Below, in pieces: positions 10,318 to 21,826 of a stretch of DNA of 64,000 nt (within the stretch, counting starts at the first letter, position 1; the number at the start of each line of letters is the position of its first letter). Location: positions 105,710,001-105,774,000 of the forward strand of contig OZ296649.1 in the NCBI GenBank assembly GCA_965655095.1. The letters are read 5' to 3'. Position numbers and translations under genes: made by a program. The notes below the pieces were generated by a model that saw only the letters and a program-made list of their open reading frames with translations, made no database searches and was not told the DNA's origin. Source of the stretch: Haplodiscus bocki (Eukaryota).

Positions 10318-10811
10318 ATGGACATTTATTATGCATCTCAAATGGCTAGTACCTTTCAAGGTCCCACGAGACGGTTTGGTTCGGGCGCAGGAATCGGCGC
10401 TTTTGTTCTGCGAGTGGGGCTCACAGGAATGCCCTTGTTGAAAAAGTATGTGGGCCCGTTTGTGAAACAAGTCGGACAAAATGTGTTGGAGGCCGCTTTA
10501 CCTGAAGTTGTCAGTCTGATTCAAGGCAAAAAGAAGTTTAAAAGAACCGTTGAAGATGGCACAAAAAAGCGTTGGCAAAAACTCGCGCCACGGCAGGCAA
10601 CGCGCTGGCGGGCGGCGTGCTGGCGGGCGGCGGAGGGCCGTCAGGTCCCAGAAAATGGAAGCTCAATACAGATGGTGCTAGTTTGCCGCCGACGCCGAGT
10701 CGCCGCAGATCTGCCGCCGCCAAAGACCTAGTCATTTCTCACAAAACGAAGTCAAAGAGGAGTCGGGTTGACATTTTGGCCAACGTGAAATTCAATGGCA
10801 GCAGACAATAA
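10318..10811 (+). pseudogene. Core/membrane-active virion protein (YY..Q..F.G...G.G.G family) with basic tail; frameshift near 10570
   Basis: MDIYYASQ...FQGPTRRFGSGAGIG, amphipathic helix, then LAGG-VLAGG and an Arg/Lys-rich tail; lies between minor and major capsid genes. Confidence 0.75.
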
Positions 10812-12166
10812 AGATGAACGGCAATAGTCGGATTAGCAACAACTCTTCAGTTTCACGGAAGAGCAAGTGAGGTTGCAAACCCTGTTATTCACTGTGCTTT
10901 GGACTTTTTGGAACGATCATCAGTGTTGATAAACTACGAGGGCTCCCACGACCAAGAAGTTTTTCCTCAAAGAGGTTGCCGTTGGCCACAACTTGATTTT
11001 GTGGTCACGTCTGACAACCGAAATTTAATTGACCCAAACAAAATTATTTTGGATTTGGAATGTGCTATTTGTGAGGCGGACGGCAAAACAACCGCACAGG
11101 GTATGTCACCAGTGTGCTTCAGCAACAATACCCTCCATAGTTTATTCTCACACGCTGAGTTATTTTTGAATGGTATCCTGATTTCCTCAAGCAACAATGC
11201 TTACCATCATTCTGCTTTTGTCGAAACGGAATTGACTACGGACTTAAATGCCAAGGCGAAATGGGCCGAAACCCAAAGCTACCAATATCAAGCCGACAAA
11301 AGTAACGAAAAAAGTGTGAATGAGTGGAATGAGGAAATGATAAACAATGGGAAAAAGAACCAAAAACAAGCTGAAACTTAATGGGGCGCCGCACATTAGA
11401 CTTTTTTGAATGCGAAAAAGTATTATTGCCAGGGGTGACGCTCCATCTACGCCTACATAGGTCGAGGAGTGTTTTTGCACTGACGTCTGTGGCCACAAGT
11501 GAAGACAAGTTCGTGCCCGTGATTGAAAGGGCATCGTTGTTTGTGACGAAATTGATTGTTAAAGATTCTGTACGATTGTCGATAGAGAAGGCACCTCTGA
11601 ACACACCGGCACATTGCCCCTACATTGAAATGATGAACAAAAGTTTCATCATTCAAGCTGGTCAAAACAGTTTTGTCAAGGAGAACTTGTTTGGAACGGA
11701 CCCAGTTAGAAGACTCACTCTTTGCATGACAACGAACGAACAATTCCGCGGGAAAAGCAACATGGATGCATTCCACTATCAAACGTTTGGATTAGAGCGG
11801 CTAGAGATTACCGGCGGAAATGGTGTCCCAGTTCCTTGCACACCTCTCGACATGAGGAATGGAAGAATGAGAGCCTACTACAACTCAATTTGTTCTTTGG
11901 GCTTTGCAGCTGGCTCTGGAGGAAACGGCATACAGTTCAAAAACTTTGAGGCCCATTTTGTGCTGGTGTTCGACCTAACGTCTACGAGGGAGGCGTCAAA
12001 GAGCCTCACATTTTCCCCCGAGCTCACTGGAGACAGTCTCACATTGAAACTATCATTTAAACAAGCACTGGAAAAGACGGTTGAACTTTTGGTCATTGCC
12101 GAACGATTCAGTCAAACATTCATTGATTCGCAACGGAACGTTACCAAAAACTCACTACTTCAATAA
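10795..12166 (+). pseudogene. Major capsid protein (double jelly roll), frameshifted
   Basis: NNTLHSLFSHAELFLNG, Y...AFVETELT, KVLLPGVTLHLRL, FVLVFDLT, LKLSFKQAL...IDSQRNV motifs; frameshifts near 10825-10850 and 11375. Confidence 0.9.
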
Positions 12167-12179
12167 ATTGCTGCGGAGG

Positions 12180-12655
12180 ATGGACAATGTCACTTTGGAG
12201 CAATTTGCTCAGAGATGCAATCATTTGAGCGAAAAATTTTGTGGAGTGTGGAGCGCCGACAACTTTCCTGCAATGAAACAGGGAGATTCATTTCAAATAG
12301 TGAACACGGAACTGAGCTGTAGGCCTGGGCGACACTGGATCCTACTTTGCACACAAAAAGACTTTGCTCGACGTGGAAAAGCGGTCATTGTATTTGGGGA
12401 CAGTTTAGGGAAAAAACCAAAAACTTACAAAAAACTTTACTTGAGGCTACTTTGTTTGTATGACAAAATTATTGCTGTCAACCATCCTCTTCAGAGTCGT
12501 TTCTCCAACTGCTGTGGACTATATTGCATCTACCTTTCACATCGAATAACAAAAAGATTGCAAAAACATTGCCAAAGAGGATGGTTGATGAACTATCGCT
12601 GGTGCGTTTCATTAATCACCATTATAAGACTGATTATAGTTTTGAAGCTGTTTGA
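12180..12655 (+). pseudogene. Adenain-family maturation cysteine protease, frameshift near 12565
   Basis: F.GV.SAD, IVNT...PGRHW (His), DSLG (Asp), LQ....CCGLYC (Gln/Cys). Confidence 0.92.
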
Positions 12656-12665
12656 CTTGACTAAT

Positions 12666-13171
12666 TCAGTCTTCTTGGTTTTCCACATCCTGCTCCTCAA
12701 CCACGCTCAACTCGGTGTCGCCGTCATCGTAAGGATTAGTAGTAGAAATTGTAGTAGTAGAGTCATAACTGTCATCAGAATTAAAATTAGTATTTGGTCC
12801 GTGTTCCTCTTCGGCTTCACTAAGAATAAAAGGACATTTCGCTTGCGTACAACCGGCATCATCATCGCCAAATTTTGAAAGATTGTCAAAATCCACAATG
12901 TTGGATGATGACAATTCATCCTCATCGTCAGATCGCGGAATGAATCCAGGGCCTAAAAGGTGAAACGTAATCAAAACCAAAATCATGAGCAAAACGGCAA
13001 TACAAAAATTTGAAGCCGTACAGAATCTAGCAGAAGTTGACACAAGGGAAACAGTGTCCTGTTCGCTTTTTGCAGGTTCCTTATACGATGGTGATATATC
13101 AGGAGAAACTGTCGTCGTCGCGTCCAGATTGTCGTCAGAGCTTTCTGATTCCGTGCAAGCGCTGGGCAAAT
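12666..13171 (-). CDS. Acidic Ser/Thr-rich single-TM protein, probably a spliced 3' exon
   Basis: 167-codon open frame with TM FCIAVLLMILVLITFHLL, no ATG start, preceded on the minus strand by a pyrimidine tract and CAG (ttttctcgtctttttacag, 13190-13172). Confidence 0.55.
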
Positions 13172-13222
13172 CTGTAAAAAGACGAGAAAATTTGGAAAAA
13201 TTGCATATGCAATGATGAAATT

Positions 13223-16200
13223 TTATTGAGTATTCGTTTGGTTGAGGGAGTAATGACCGTGGGCAAGGGATTGAATTCCACCATCCAATAGAAAACGTTT
13301 GTCGTCGAATGCACTCAAAGCGGTTTTTTTATTCGAGTCACCATATTTTGATGCTGCTGAGACTGAATCTGAGCCACAGATCTTTCAATGTTGTTTTTTT
13401 CCGCCAGAATTTCAGTGAAGATATCGTGATGTGGAGTTTTTTTGACAACCTTTTGGATGCCTTTGGCGCTCTGTTTCAAACCCGTTTCAAGCTTGATACT
13501 TTAAAGTTTGGAACGAAGGCAGGTGCACTCAAGCATCACTCTTCCATTCTACTCGTCTTTCATTGTGAGAGGAACTTTTTTGTTGGTCGGGTCATATAAC
13601 TTGTGCGTTTTTGGATAATCAGACAGATCAAGCGAATTCTTGAAGGATTCCATGTCTGAGCACAAGTCTGTTTGAATACGCTATAAAAGGGAGTCGGTGT
13701 ATTTCTAAACAACTGTGAGGCTGCTTCCAAATCTTGGTTTCATTTCATTGTAATGGAAGTGGTACAGAAATATTTTGGATAAATCTAGTATTGCTGCTCC
13801 GACAGGTGTGGGCGTATTCCAGAAAATTGACGATTGCGTTAAGTTGACAGATACGAGAGTGTTGTGAGTAATTTGGAAGTTTAGAAAGTTGGGTTTGTGT
13901 GTGCACACCTTGGCCTCCATTGGAGTAGACAAGAACTTAGTTTGTCTACGGTTTCTCAGATTCTCCATTGTTTTGCCATAACAAGCGTTCGAGAGCAGTT
14001 TGAAAAAGTTTTTGTCAAAGTCAGTATGGGCATTTTTCCTCATTTCGGTATTTTTTGAATTATATGTTCCCAACCAACAGCTTTGATCAAACTGTAAAAC
14101 GCGATGCAGCTTGGTTACTGTTAAGCCTTGTTCGACATGAAACTTCAAGTTTCTAAAGTGGCAAACGTAGAAAAATTTATGAAAAAGAGTTTCGACAAGT
14201 TTCGCTAGCCCCGAAGTCGGGTACCCGAAAGATGTAGCATAGTCTGACAACCATCCACTTTTTACAATCAATTTTTCAGGAGCCAAAGGCAAATCGTTAT
14301 GAGAATCGTGTAAACTGCTTGGGTACTGCAGCTCAACTTCGACAAAGAAACCCACCCCACCAAAGGAGTCTGTATTCAAAATGTCATCGATTGTTAAGTC
14401 TGTTCTCCATTTATAATTACCCAATGGAAGAGGTTGTTGCATTGTTCCGGCATTTAAGGGGGTGACATCAAAAAAAGCGCCGTACACGGAAGGCTTGGAG
14501 GAATCGAAATTGGTCATTTATTTTTTGTTAGCTTTGAAGTGTCTCAAGGCACCGGTTCCACTGATACCGCCACGTGTACCTCGTTCACAAAAAAGAAGCA
14601 TGTCAATATCAGTCAAAAGTCCGAGTTCCACTTTAGTACTGATGAGCATTCCTTCCCAGCTGAAATTTTGAGCTGAATAGAAATGAGCAGGATCGAGTCG
14701 ATACTCTTTCAAGCCAACTCCGCGAAAAGCTTCGATGATATCTGCGAGAAGATACGCATCAAGAGTCAAATACAGGTCATGGTAGTCACCGAAGTTTTTG
14801 CACTCCATCAAATCGTATATTTCTTTTGCTTTTTCATATTGCTCTTCGGTAATATCAACATTCCCCGTTAGGCTATTTGTCCAAGAACTTCCATAGTCAG
14901 GGAACGGCGCATCAAACTTCTCAAAACTATCCAAACAGCTGTAAGGGAAGTAACCTTTCCCTCGAATTTTTTCAAAATTATCATCGCTCAGAGATGAAAT
15001 TTTTTTGCCGCAGGTACAGAAGTTTAGAAGTCGCCATTGTCTTTGCTAAACCTTCAAGACTTTGAGACATGAATTGAAAGCTGTCCAGAAACCTGATTTC
15101 GCGGTACAAAGGAACAACTCTCCCGTCTTTGCACGTGTACTGTGAAACTTTCATGCGAAGGCTGAAGGAGATATAAACCTCATCTGTGCGGCTGATGGCC
15201 GAAAGTTTCTCATCTGGCAACAAGATCAGTTGCTTTACAATGTGGTGAGCGTCATACATCGAGAGATTGTGGAAAAACACTGGAAGGAAGCGTTTAGTTC
15301 TTGCTTTGAGATTGCATTTCGAGTGAGCTACACCAATGATTTTTCCTGAAGAATGACAGTGATGAACAACTCGGCGGGCTTGAACCACTTCACCGCAGAT
15401 GCAACATTTTTCTCCGTTTGCTGCGTCAGTCATCTGCTTTTACTGTTGCGAGCTGATCACATCACTCAAATATCTGTATTTTTGAGTTTCCGAGTCACAC
15501 CACGCAAGCCACCTTCGAAGCCGATTCATCAGTTTACTGATGCAGTCTTTGCCACGATAGAGGGATTCTGCAACCACAGAGTTGGTTCGACAATCAACCA
15601 GAATAGCACCGTAGCTTGCGGGATATTGTTTTTCAATAATAACAGTCTTTTTCCCTTTTTTTATATCTGCTGGAACGTTTAGCGCTTCCAAGTCAGCATA
15701 CACAACAAACGGGCATTTTTGGGTTTTTTCCCAATTGTTGAACTTCAATTTTAAATCTTCGTTGGGTATAAGAATTCTCAATAGCTGGTTGTCCTCGCAC
15801 AGTCTGACATGATCACGGTACTTAACTTTGCCAATTGATTTCATACAATTAACACAAAATTTCGTTTGGGGACCTTTCATAGTTTTCCGCGGAGAACGGC
15901 ACAAGGTATGCATGAAATGTTGAAAATTTGTTATGAGACAATAATGAGAGTTAAGACCGTCTGTTAGCAGCAAGAGAAACACTTTTCGAATTTTGGATTC
16001 TACTTTACTTCGATGACAACATGTTAGGCTTTCCTTTTCATCAAAATTGAAAACTGTTATCGAAAGTTGGGTTTTATTCTCAAACTGTGCAATATCGCTT
16101 AAATTCATTGGCATGGCCGATTTGTCGAAAATAAGTCGATGGAATTTATCTTTGTACATGGATGGTCTCTCCCGATTTTGTCTACAGAGGTACAGAAAAG

Positions 16201-17001
16201 CCAGGATGCAGTAGATGAAGCAAAAATTGTCGAAGAGGTTTTTGATATTGAGGAGGCTGAGGCGTAAGCTGGAAAGTTTAGCAGGCGTTAGCAGGTAAGA
16301 ACTACCAGCAAGCGATTTGGTTTTACAAATCTTGATGTCCAAGCATATAAGCTTTTCAAGTACCCAACCTGAACCACCAGAGCAGAAAACGTTCAGCTGC
16401 CTTAAGACTTGGTCTACCAGTTCATCAAAATCTTCATCATCGATAGACTCCACTACACGCATTAAGAAAAATGAGGGGAAACGGTATCCGCATCCAAGGG
16501 TTTTGACAATTTAACTTGAAGACAAAGACCAACACGCGATATGCCTTGGTTAATTATTTCCCTATCAATGAGAGCGGCAATATTTGCACGGTTTTTCATG
16601 ACAAAAGACATCGGGTCAACATCCTTTTGTTGGACGTCCAGCTTCAAAATTTTGAAGTGAGGTTTAAGGGCTGAAACAACTTTTGAAACTTGTGGCACGG
16701 AGACCCAATTGGTTTCTTTTCTCACTCTTGAAGGAATGGAAGGGTGTTCGTGCGAAATATGATTTTGGAGACTTGATTCATTTCCATAAATTTTGGGACA
16801 TGCATTGCAGCGCATATTTTTGGAAAACTTATGAACATTGCGAAGGTGTCGTAATAAATTCTTCGAGGCAGTGAAACTACTATTACAATGCCCAGAGATG
16901 AATGTGCATAGCGCCGGCTCACGCCTATGAGTTTCCCGAATATGTGTAAATAGCCTTCGCTTGTTTGGGGATGAGAATGAGCAGTCAGGGCAGGGAAACA
17001 T
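13223..17001 (-). pseudogene. Protein-primed family B DNA polymerase with N-terminal C2H2 fingers, GSGW domain and endonuclease VII insertion
   Basis: C2H2 fingers (CPDC..H...H; CNAC..H...H), SGGSGW, VYADLE exo I, C.IC...HCH.SG...G.AH..CN EndoVII, FHNLS.YD, FLDS, KLLSNACYGK motif B, mutated motif C (*KYTDS), C-terminal DGGIQSLAHGHY; many frameshifts. Confidence 0.96.
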
Positions 17002-17570
17002 TTTGCAGAATACCTCAGTCAAACATCACAGGAAGCAAGAAAATGATGGGTGAAAACGTTTGATTGTGAAAAGATCGATATAAACATTCGCAACTCGGAA
17101 CTATTTTTCAAATAGAAATCTTTTTCTTTTTCACCCATCAAGAGATAGTTTATTGCTTTAAGTAACAGAGCTTGGCAGCTGTTCTTGGTAGATAAATGGG
17201 TCTCTAAAGGCTATTTAGTGGTTATTGACTAGTTGAACCTAAATCGAAATTCAGTCTTATCGAAGTTATATGCTTCATATATATCGAAAATGTTCACAAG
17301 ATCTGCCAAAATGTCTCAGGCGGGGCAAGCATTTGACACTATCAAGGGAAAAGCCGGGTCTCCTTTTCCATTTTGGGATTATGGACTGCCTCAGGGTAAT
17401 AAAATATATTGGTTTTGTTCTAACCGAAGTCAGGATAGGGCTAATCGCCTGTTCCGGTGAAGGTATATAAGTAGGTGCCATACTACAGCACGATTATTAG
17501 ATTGAACGATTTAAGTCATTTCAATAGAATCTATCAGCTCTCAATCCATCTACAGCCTACATTTTCAAAA

Positions 17571-18469
17571 ATGGACCGTTCTCTCGCAATTATTCTTCAC
17601 GAATCTCGAGAAGTCACCGTTCGTGAAATTGGCAACGAAGGCAACCCGGGGGAAATAAACATCAAAGTACTGAAGAAGAGAGTCGACGAATTTGGTGAAG
17701 CCGGTGGAGTCATTGGGATTGAGGGCACATTCCCTCAAATAGCGTTCACCAATTTGATGCGTATCAACTGGACGAAACTTTTCTTTTCAATGCTGGGAAT
17801 GTCTGAGGTGCCGGAGGACATGAAAGTTCCATCGCGGCCGGAGGATGATGTCGGTATCCGGAATGAATCCCGCAAAACATTGAAGACAATACTAGCAATG
17901 CAGAGGAAAGACTTTCGTAACTATAAGTGATATAGCATTCATCCTAATTTAAAGGAGTTTTATACTGAAGCTTCATCATTAGTTCAAGTATTGAATGAAT
18001 TGACTGTTTAGGGCACAGAACGGCATTTCGAGCGTCTGTCAATATGTTCAACAGCAACTGCCATACCAAGAAGTCGGTGTATGTGACCCTAAAAGCGTTC
18101 AAGTATTAAGCGGAATGGTCACAAGATACGAGAGTTGGGCAGGTCATCACTCTTCACCACTGCGAAATGATGAAACTTATACAAGAATACAATGCATACA
18201 TAGATGCGAGAGTGGCACGACTAGCAGAAGAGGATGCTGTGGATGAGAAAAGCGGCGGCGGCGACGGCCAAGAGGAGGAGGATGAAGAAAGGCCGATCGT
18301 TGTTTTTAAGCCGCCAGCAAAGAAACCAAGAAAGCCAACTGCGACCGCAACAACCAAGAGAATTACGAAAAAGGCACCGCTTAAACAGATAGAAAGCGTG
18401 GCGTCAAGCTCTACAGCCACTAACGTGCCACAAGAAACCCTGGAAATTACCCTTGACAGCGATGAATAA
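17571..18469 (+). pseudogene. Polinton ORF of unknown function divergent from pPolB, disrupted; acidic/basic low-complexity tail
   Basis: TATATAAG at 17464, cattttcaaaaATG at 17571, ORF fragments 17571-17930 and 18167-18469. Confidence 0.6.
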
Positions 18470-19169
18470 GATGGATTTATGAGATTATATAACTTTGAAG
18501 TTGGTTAATGGCCTATACATATATTCTCCATTTTACTTCAAATACTACCGACAATGAATTTATGAAGGAGAACAGTCTTTTTTCGGGCGAATGTATTCGA
18601 ATTAGCAAAAGTTAGTTGAAAATTTGAGAGAAAAGTGATTGAACTGAAACAGGATCGCGCAAAAATTAATGAGAACAAAAGTAGTATCTTATGGTCTCAA
18701 TTGGTTTCGATCGCCTGAAATGCAAAAGAGTTGAGTTTCAATTTGGTTTCAAAGCTGAAAATCGAATAAAAGATTCATTGGATGCGAAAATAAAACAGGC
18801 AGGAAAATTCAAAAGTTCAAAACCCTTTCCAATTTTGCTTTAGGAACGCGCCAACACTAGCGCGCCAAACCATTTGGTCCAGAATTCGCGACTTAAATGA
18901 AATCCCAGTGGAATAAACCACCAGGCTACAGGCACCATTGCTGTGAAATGAAACTAACCGATTACATATACAGCTCATCTGGGTAACGGCACCGTTTAAT
19001 AGTTCAACTGTATAAAGTAGAACAGCGTATAAATGAATATAAATGAACTGCAATCACAAAGAATATCTTTATGGCTTATGTAGCGGCTATATAATTTTTA
19101 GGTATTCACTCAGTATTTGATTTGTAATACTATATCGAGGACAAATGAAATGAAACACTAACGAAATTC

Positions 19170-19221
19170 AGGTAGCCATGAAGTTGTGCAGCAACCCCCC
19201 CCCCCCCCAACATATACTACT
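19170..19221 (-). repeat. Right terminal inverted repeat ending ...ACTACT
   Basis: Reverse complement begins AGTAGTATATG and matches the left TIR. Confidence 0.92.
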
Positions 19222-19349
19222 ATCAAGTGTTCATCAGACTGCATTGATCCACTTGCTGTTCGGCTTTTCGCAGGTCGGAGTATTTGCTGGTAGCCAAAAA
19301 TCTCCATCTTCATACGTTTTACTAAAGAGGTCATTTTGCCCTTGGAGGT
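19222..19349 (+). repeat. Right copy of the 128-bp flanking direct duplication
   Basis: Begins at the base immediately after the TIR; 124/128 identical to 3931-4058. Confidence 0.95.
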
Positions 19350-20802
19350 TTTGAATTTTAAAGCACAATGATGTTCACTGACGTATTTATTTTGAAGACT
19401 GTTGATTGGATGGCGACCTTCCGATAATAATGCAACTACTCGCAATTGAGTATGTTTGGTTAAAGTCAGGTGTTTCCATTTTATAATTCATGTGGATCAA
19501 GTGTATTAATATACTCAAATTTTTTGAAATTAGCAAATTGATGTCGACAGTGATTTCCTTGAACACCATTAGTCGATTAAGCTTCATTCCTAGACCCTAA
19601 CATGTTGCCAGGTTTGCAAAACTCTGATCTGCCTCTGTGGCAAGGGTTCTGACTACGGATGTGTTGGTATTTTTAGCGGACAGTGGACGACTGTACAAAA
19701 TTGCACGATTTTCCGTTCCTTCGTTTCGCGCTTGTGGGTACCTTGCATCTTAGTGTATTACCCCTTACAATAATACCTTTGCTATAGTTAATGGTGTATC
19801 TCTGCCACTCGGTTATCTGCCACGCTTTCCATTCTGAATTTTTTCTCTGATCGCGTTCGAAAGTGTAAATGGATTTATAACTCCTTATTGTTGAAAATAG
19901 CATAATTGAACTCGATGCAACTCGTGATTAGCCGCACCCTCGGTTATCCGCCAAAACTGTTGTCGCAAGAGTGGTAGCTGAAAATCGACAAATAACTTTA
20001 CTCCCTTCCAATAGACTGACTCATTTCTCTTAACTTTCCACGGTTGTTTTTGTCAAATGTTATGGTTGGAATGAAGCGATCCGCTGCTCAACCAAAAGCT
20101 TGTATTGTGTAGTTTGCGAAGAATTGAGGTCGTCTTTTATTATGACTCTTCCCCAAATGTCATATTTGATTTGGGACTTCAGTTGATTTGAAAATTCCTT
20201 CCACTTGCATCTTTTTCAAATTCGTTTTTCTCAGACTACTGATTGGATAACAGCCATTGAGTGCTCATTCAGAAGCCGGCATGAAAGAGAATCTGTGAAG
20301 CCGAGATTTCCCGTTTCGTACGTTTCTTGAATTGTAGTTTGAAAAGCGAAATTTTTGCTTGCGCTTCTGATAGTTTTATACCGGTTGGATTGTCGGCATC
20401 TAGAGCTCCTTCACAAAGCTGCCACATGGAGTATCAGCAAAGAAGCAGGCATGTTTGTCCCCTTTCGTAGTTTTCTTCCGTTTTCGATGAAATATTTTGA
20501 CTTGTTACTTTTGATTCAAATCTTTCACTAGCGTCTTCTCAGGTTTTTCGCAAAGCTACGGTTGGGATTGCAGCCATCCAGTGCTTATATAAAAGCCCTG
20601 AAGATGGAGTATCTACAGAGTGCTCAGGATGTTCTGTTTCCTGCTCACATAAAACACTTTACACTTTTCCTTTGAAATGAAGTTTTTATCGCTTTTTTTT
20701 CGCTTACGCGAAAGGGTATTATATCACAGTCTTCTGCGGACTTATTTTCCGATCCATTGACAACTCGCACTTTCTCCTAGGTTTTGACCAGAGGGAATAG
20801 AA

Positions 20803-20870
20803 AGTCGTAGGCTCGAACCTACGGCCTTTCGCACCGCAGTTGCATGTTTTACTGACTGTGCTTATTCCCT
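20803..20870 (-). mobile_element. tRNA-derived SINE head or tRNA pseudogene
   Basis: Minus strand has a degenerate A box (aagcacagtcag) and T-arm cgtaGGTTCGAGCCtacg; no complete cloverleaf. Confidence 0.5.
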
Positions 20871-21826
20871 CTTCAGAATCAGCTTTTTAAAAATATCAGC
20901 CGAATGATATATTATAGCGTTTCTTATTTCGTTTGCGCAGGTATTGCATAGCACAGTTTTGCTTCTGTTTCAAGTCGTTCTTCTCGTAGACTATCAGTTC
21001 GATTGCGGGCCATTCAACGCTCAATTTGAATCCTGAGAAGTAGGATTGCTTTTTTTACTTTTTCGTTTGAAGCATCTATGTAAATTTTGCTCAAATTTTA
21101 CAAGAATGAATTGAGGAAATTTTGTCGGTGGGCTCATATAGCTTCTGCCTTTTTCACTTTCTTGGGAGCTGTGTGCGAAGCGCAGGATCATTTTTCTGTA
21201 TAATATGAAAGTGACTGTCTATGTTGTCTCTAACGTACCGTGGAGTTCTTGTGTTTTTTCTTGTGGCTCGCTTTTTTGTGGCTAATTAATTCAATACACC
21301 TTGTGGCTGCAATTTTTGTTTTCAGAAATTTTGGCAATTTTCCGATGTTTGACTGTATAACTTTATCCGTCTATTTTTGTTGAATATTTGCTCTCTCTCG
21401 ACCGTTGAATTTTCTCTGTATTCAATGTTGACTCTTTTTGTTACTTTTTCGGGTAGTTTGCAGAAAGCCGAAAATTGATCTAAAAAAGTCAATTCAATCG
21501 CTTAGATGTTGGAGCCTCGAGAGGTGCTTATTTTATGATGCGTGCCATAAGAAAATAATCACATTTTTTCCCACGTTGACCGTTTCGAACGCCGTTTCAA
21601 ATTGGGGACGTAACTCTCTCAACCATCGACTCCAAATCGCAACGAAATATGCTTGTGCTCTTATGTCGCGCCTGCGGTGATCAATGTCGCTCTCAATGTG
21701 TCAGTGGTAAACATTTTTGTTACACAATGGAAAATGATTTGGTGTCAGTGCATCCAACTAGATTCATCAGATCTTGCAGAAGCGACGGAACGGGCATTGA
21801 CACTCTTTTCAACGAAGCAACATTTG

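Larger units (their letters stand above)
4056..19221. mobile_element. Polinton/Maverick (adintovirus-like) endogenous element, ~15.2 kb, pseudogenised
   Basis: Right end ...CATATACTACT (reverse complement AGTAGT..., the canonical Polinton terminus) with a matching imperfect left TIR; encodes pPolB, rve integrase, packaging ATPase, adenain protease, major and minor capsid proteins; most genes carry frameshifts or stops. Confidence 0.96.

Noticed and set aside
12655-12878. Long hydrophobic C-terminal extension of the protease ORF in the track
   Set aside because: Frameshift artefact reading antisense into the acidic minus-strand ORF.
18845-18870. Two E2F-like TTGGCGCG sites near the right end
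   Set aside because: No adjacent gene start identified; too short to support without conservation data.
4050-19227. Canonical 6-bp Polinton TSD
   Set aside because: The hexamers flanking the two ends do not match; the 128-bp duplication explains the junctions instead.
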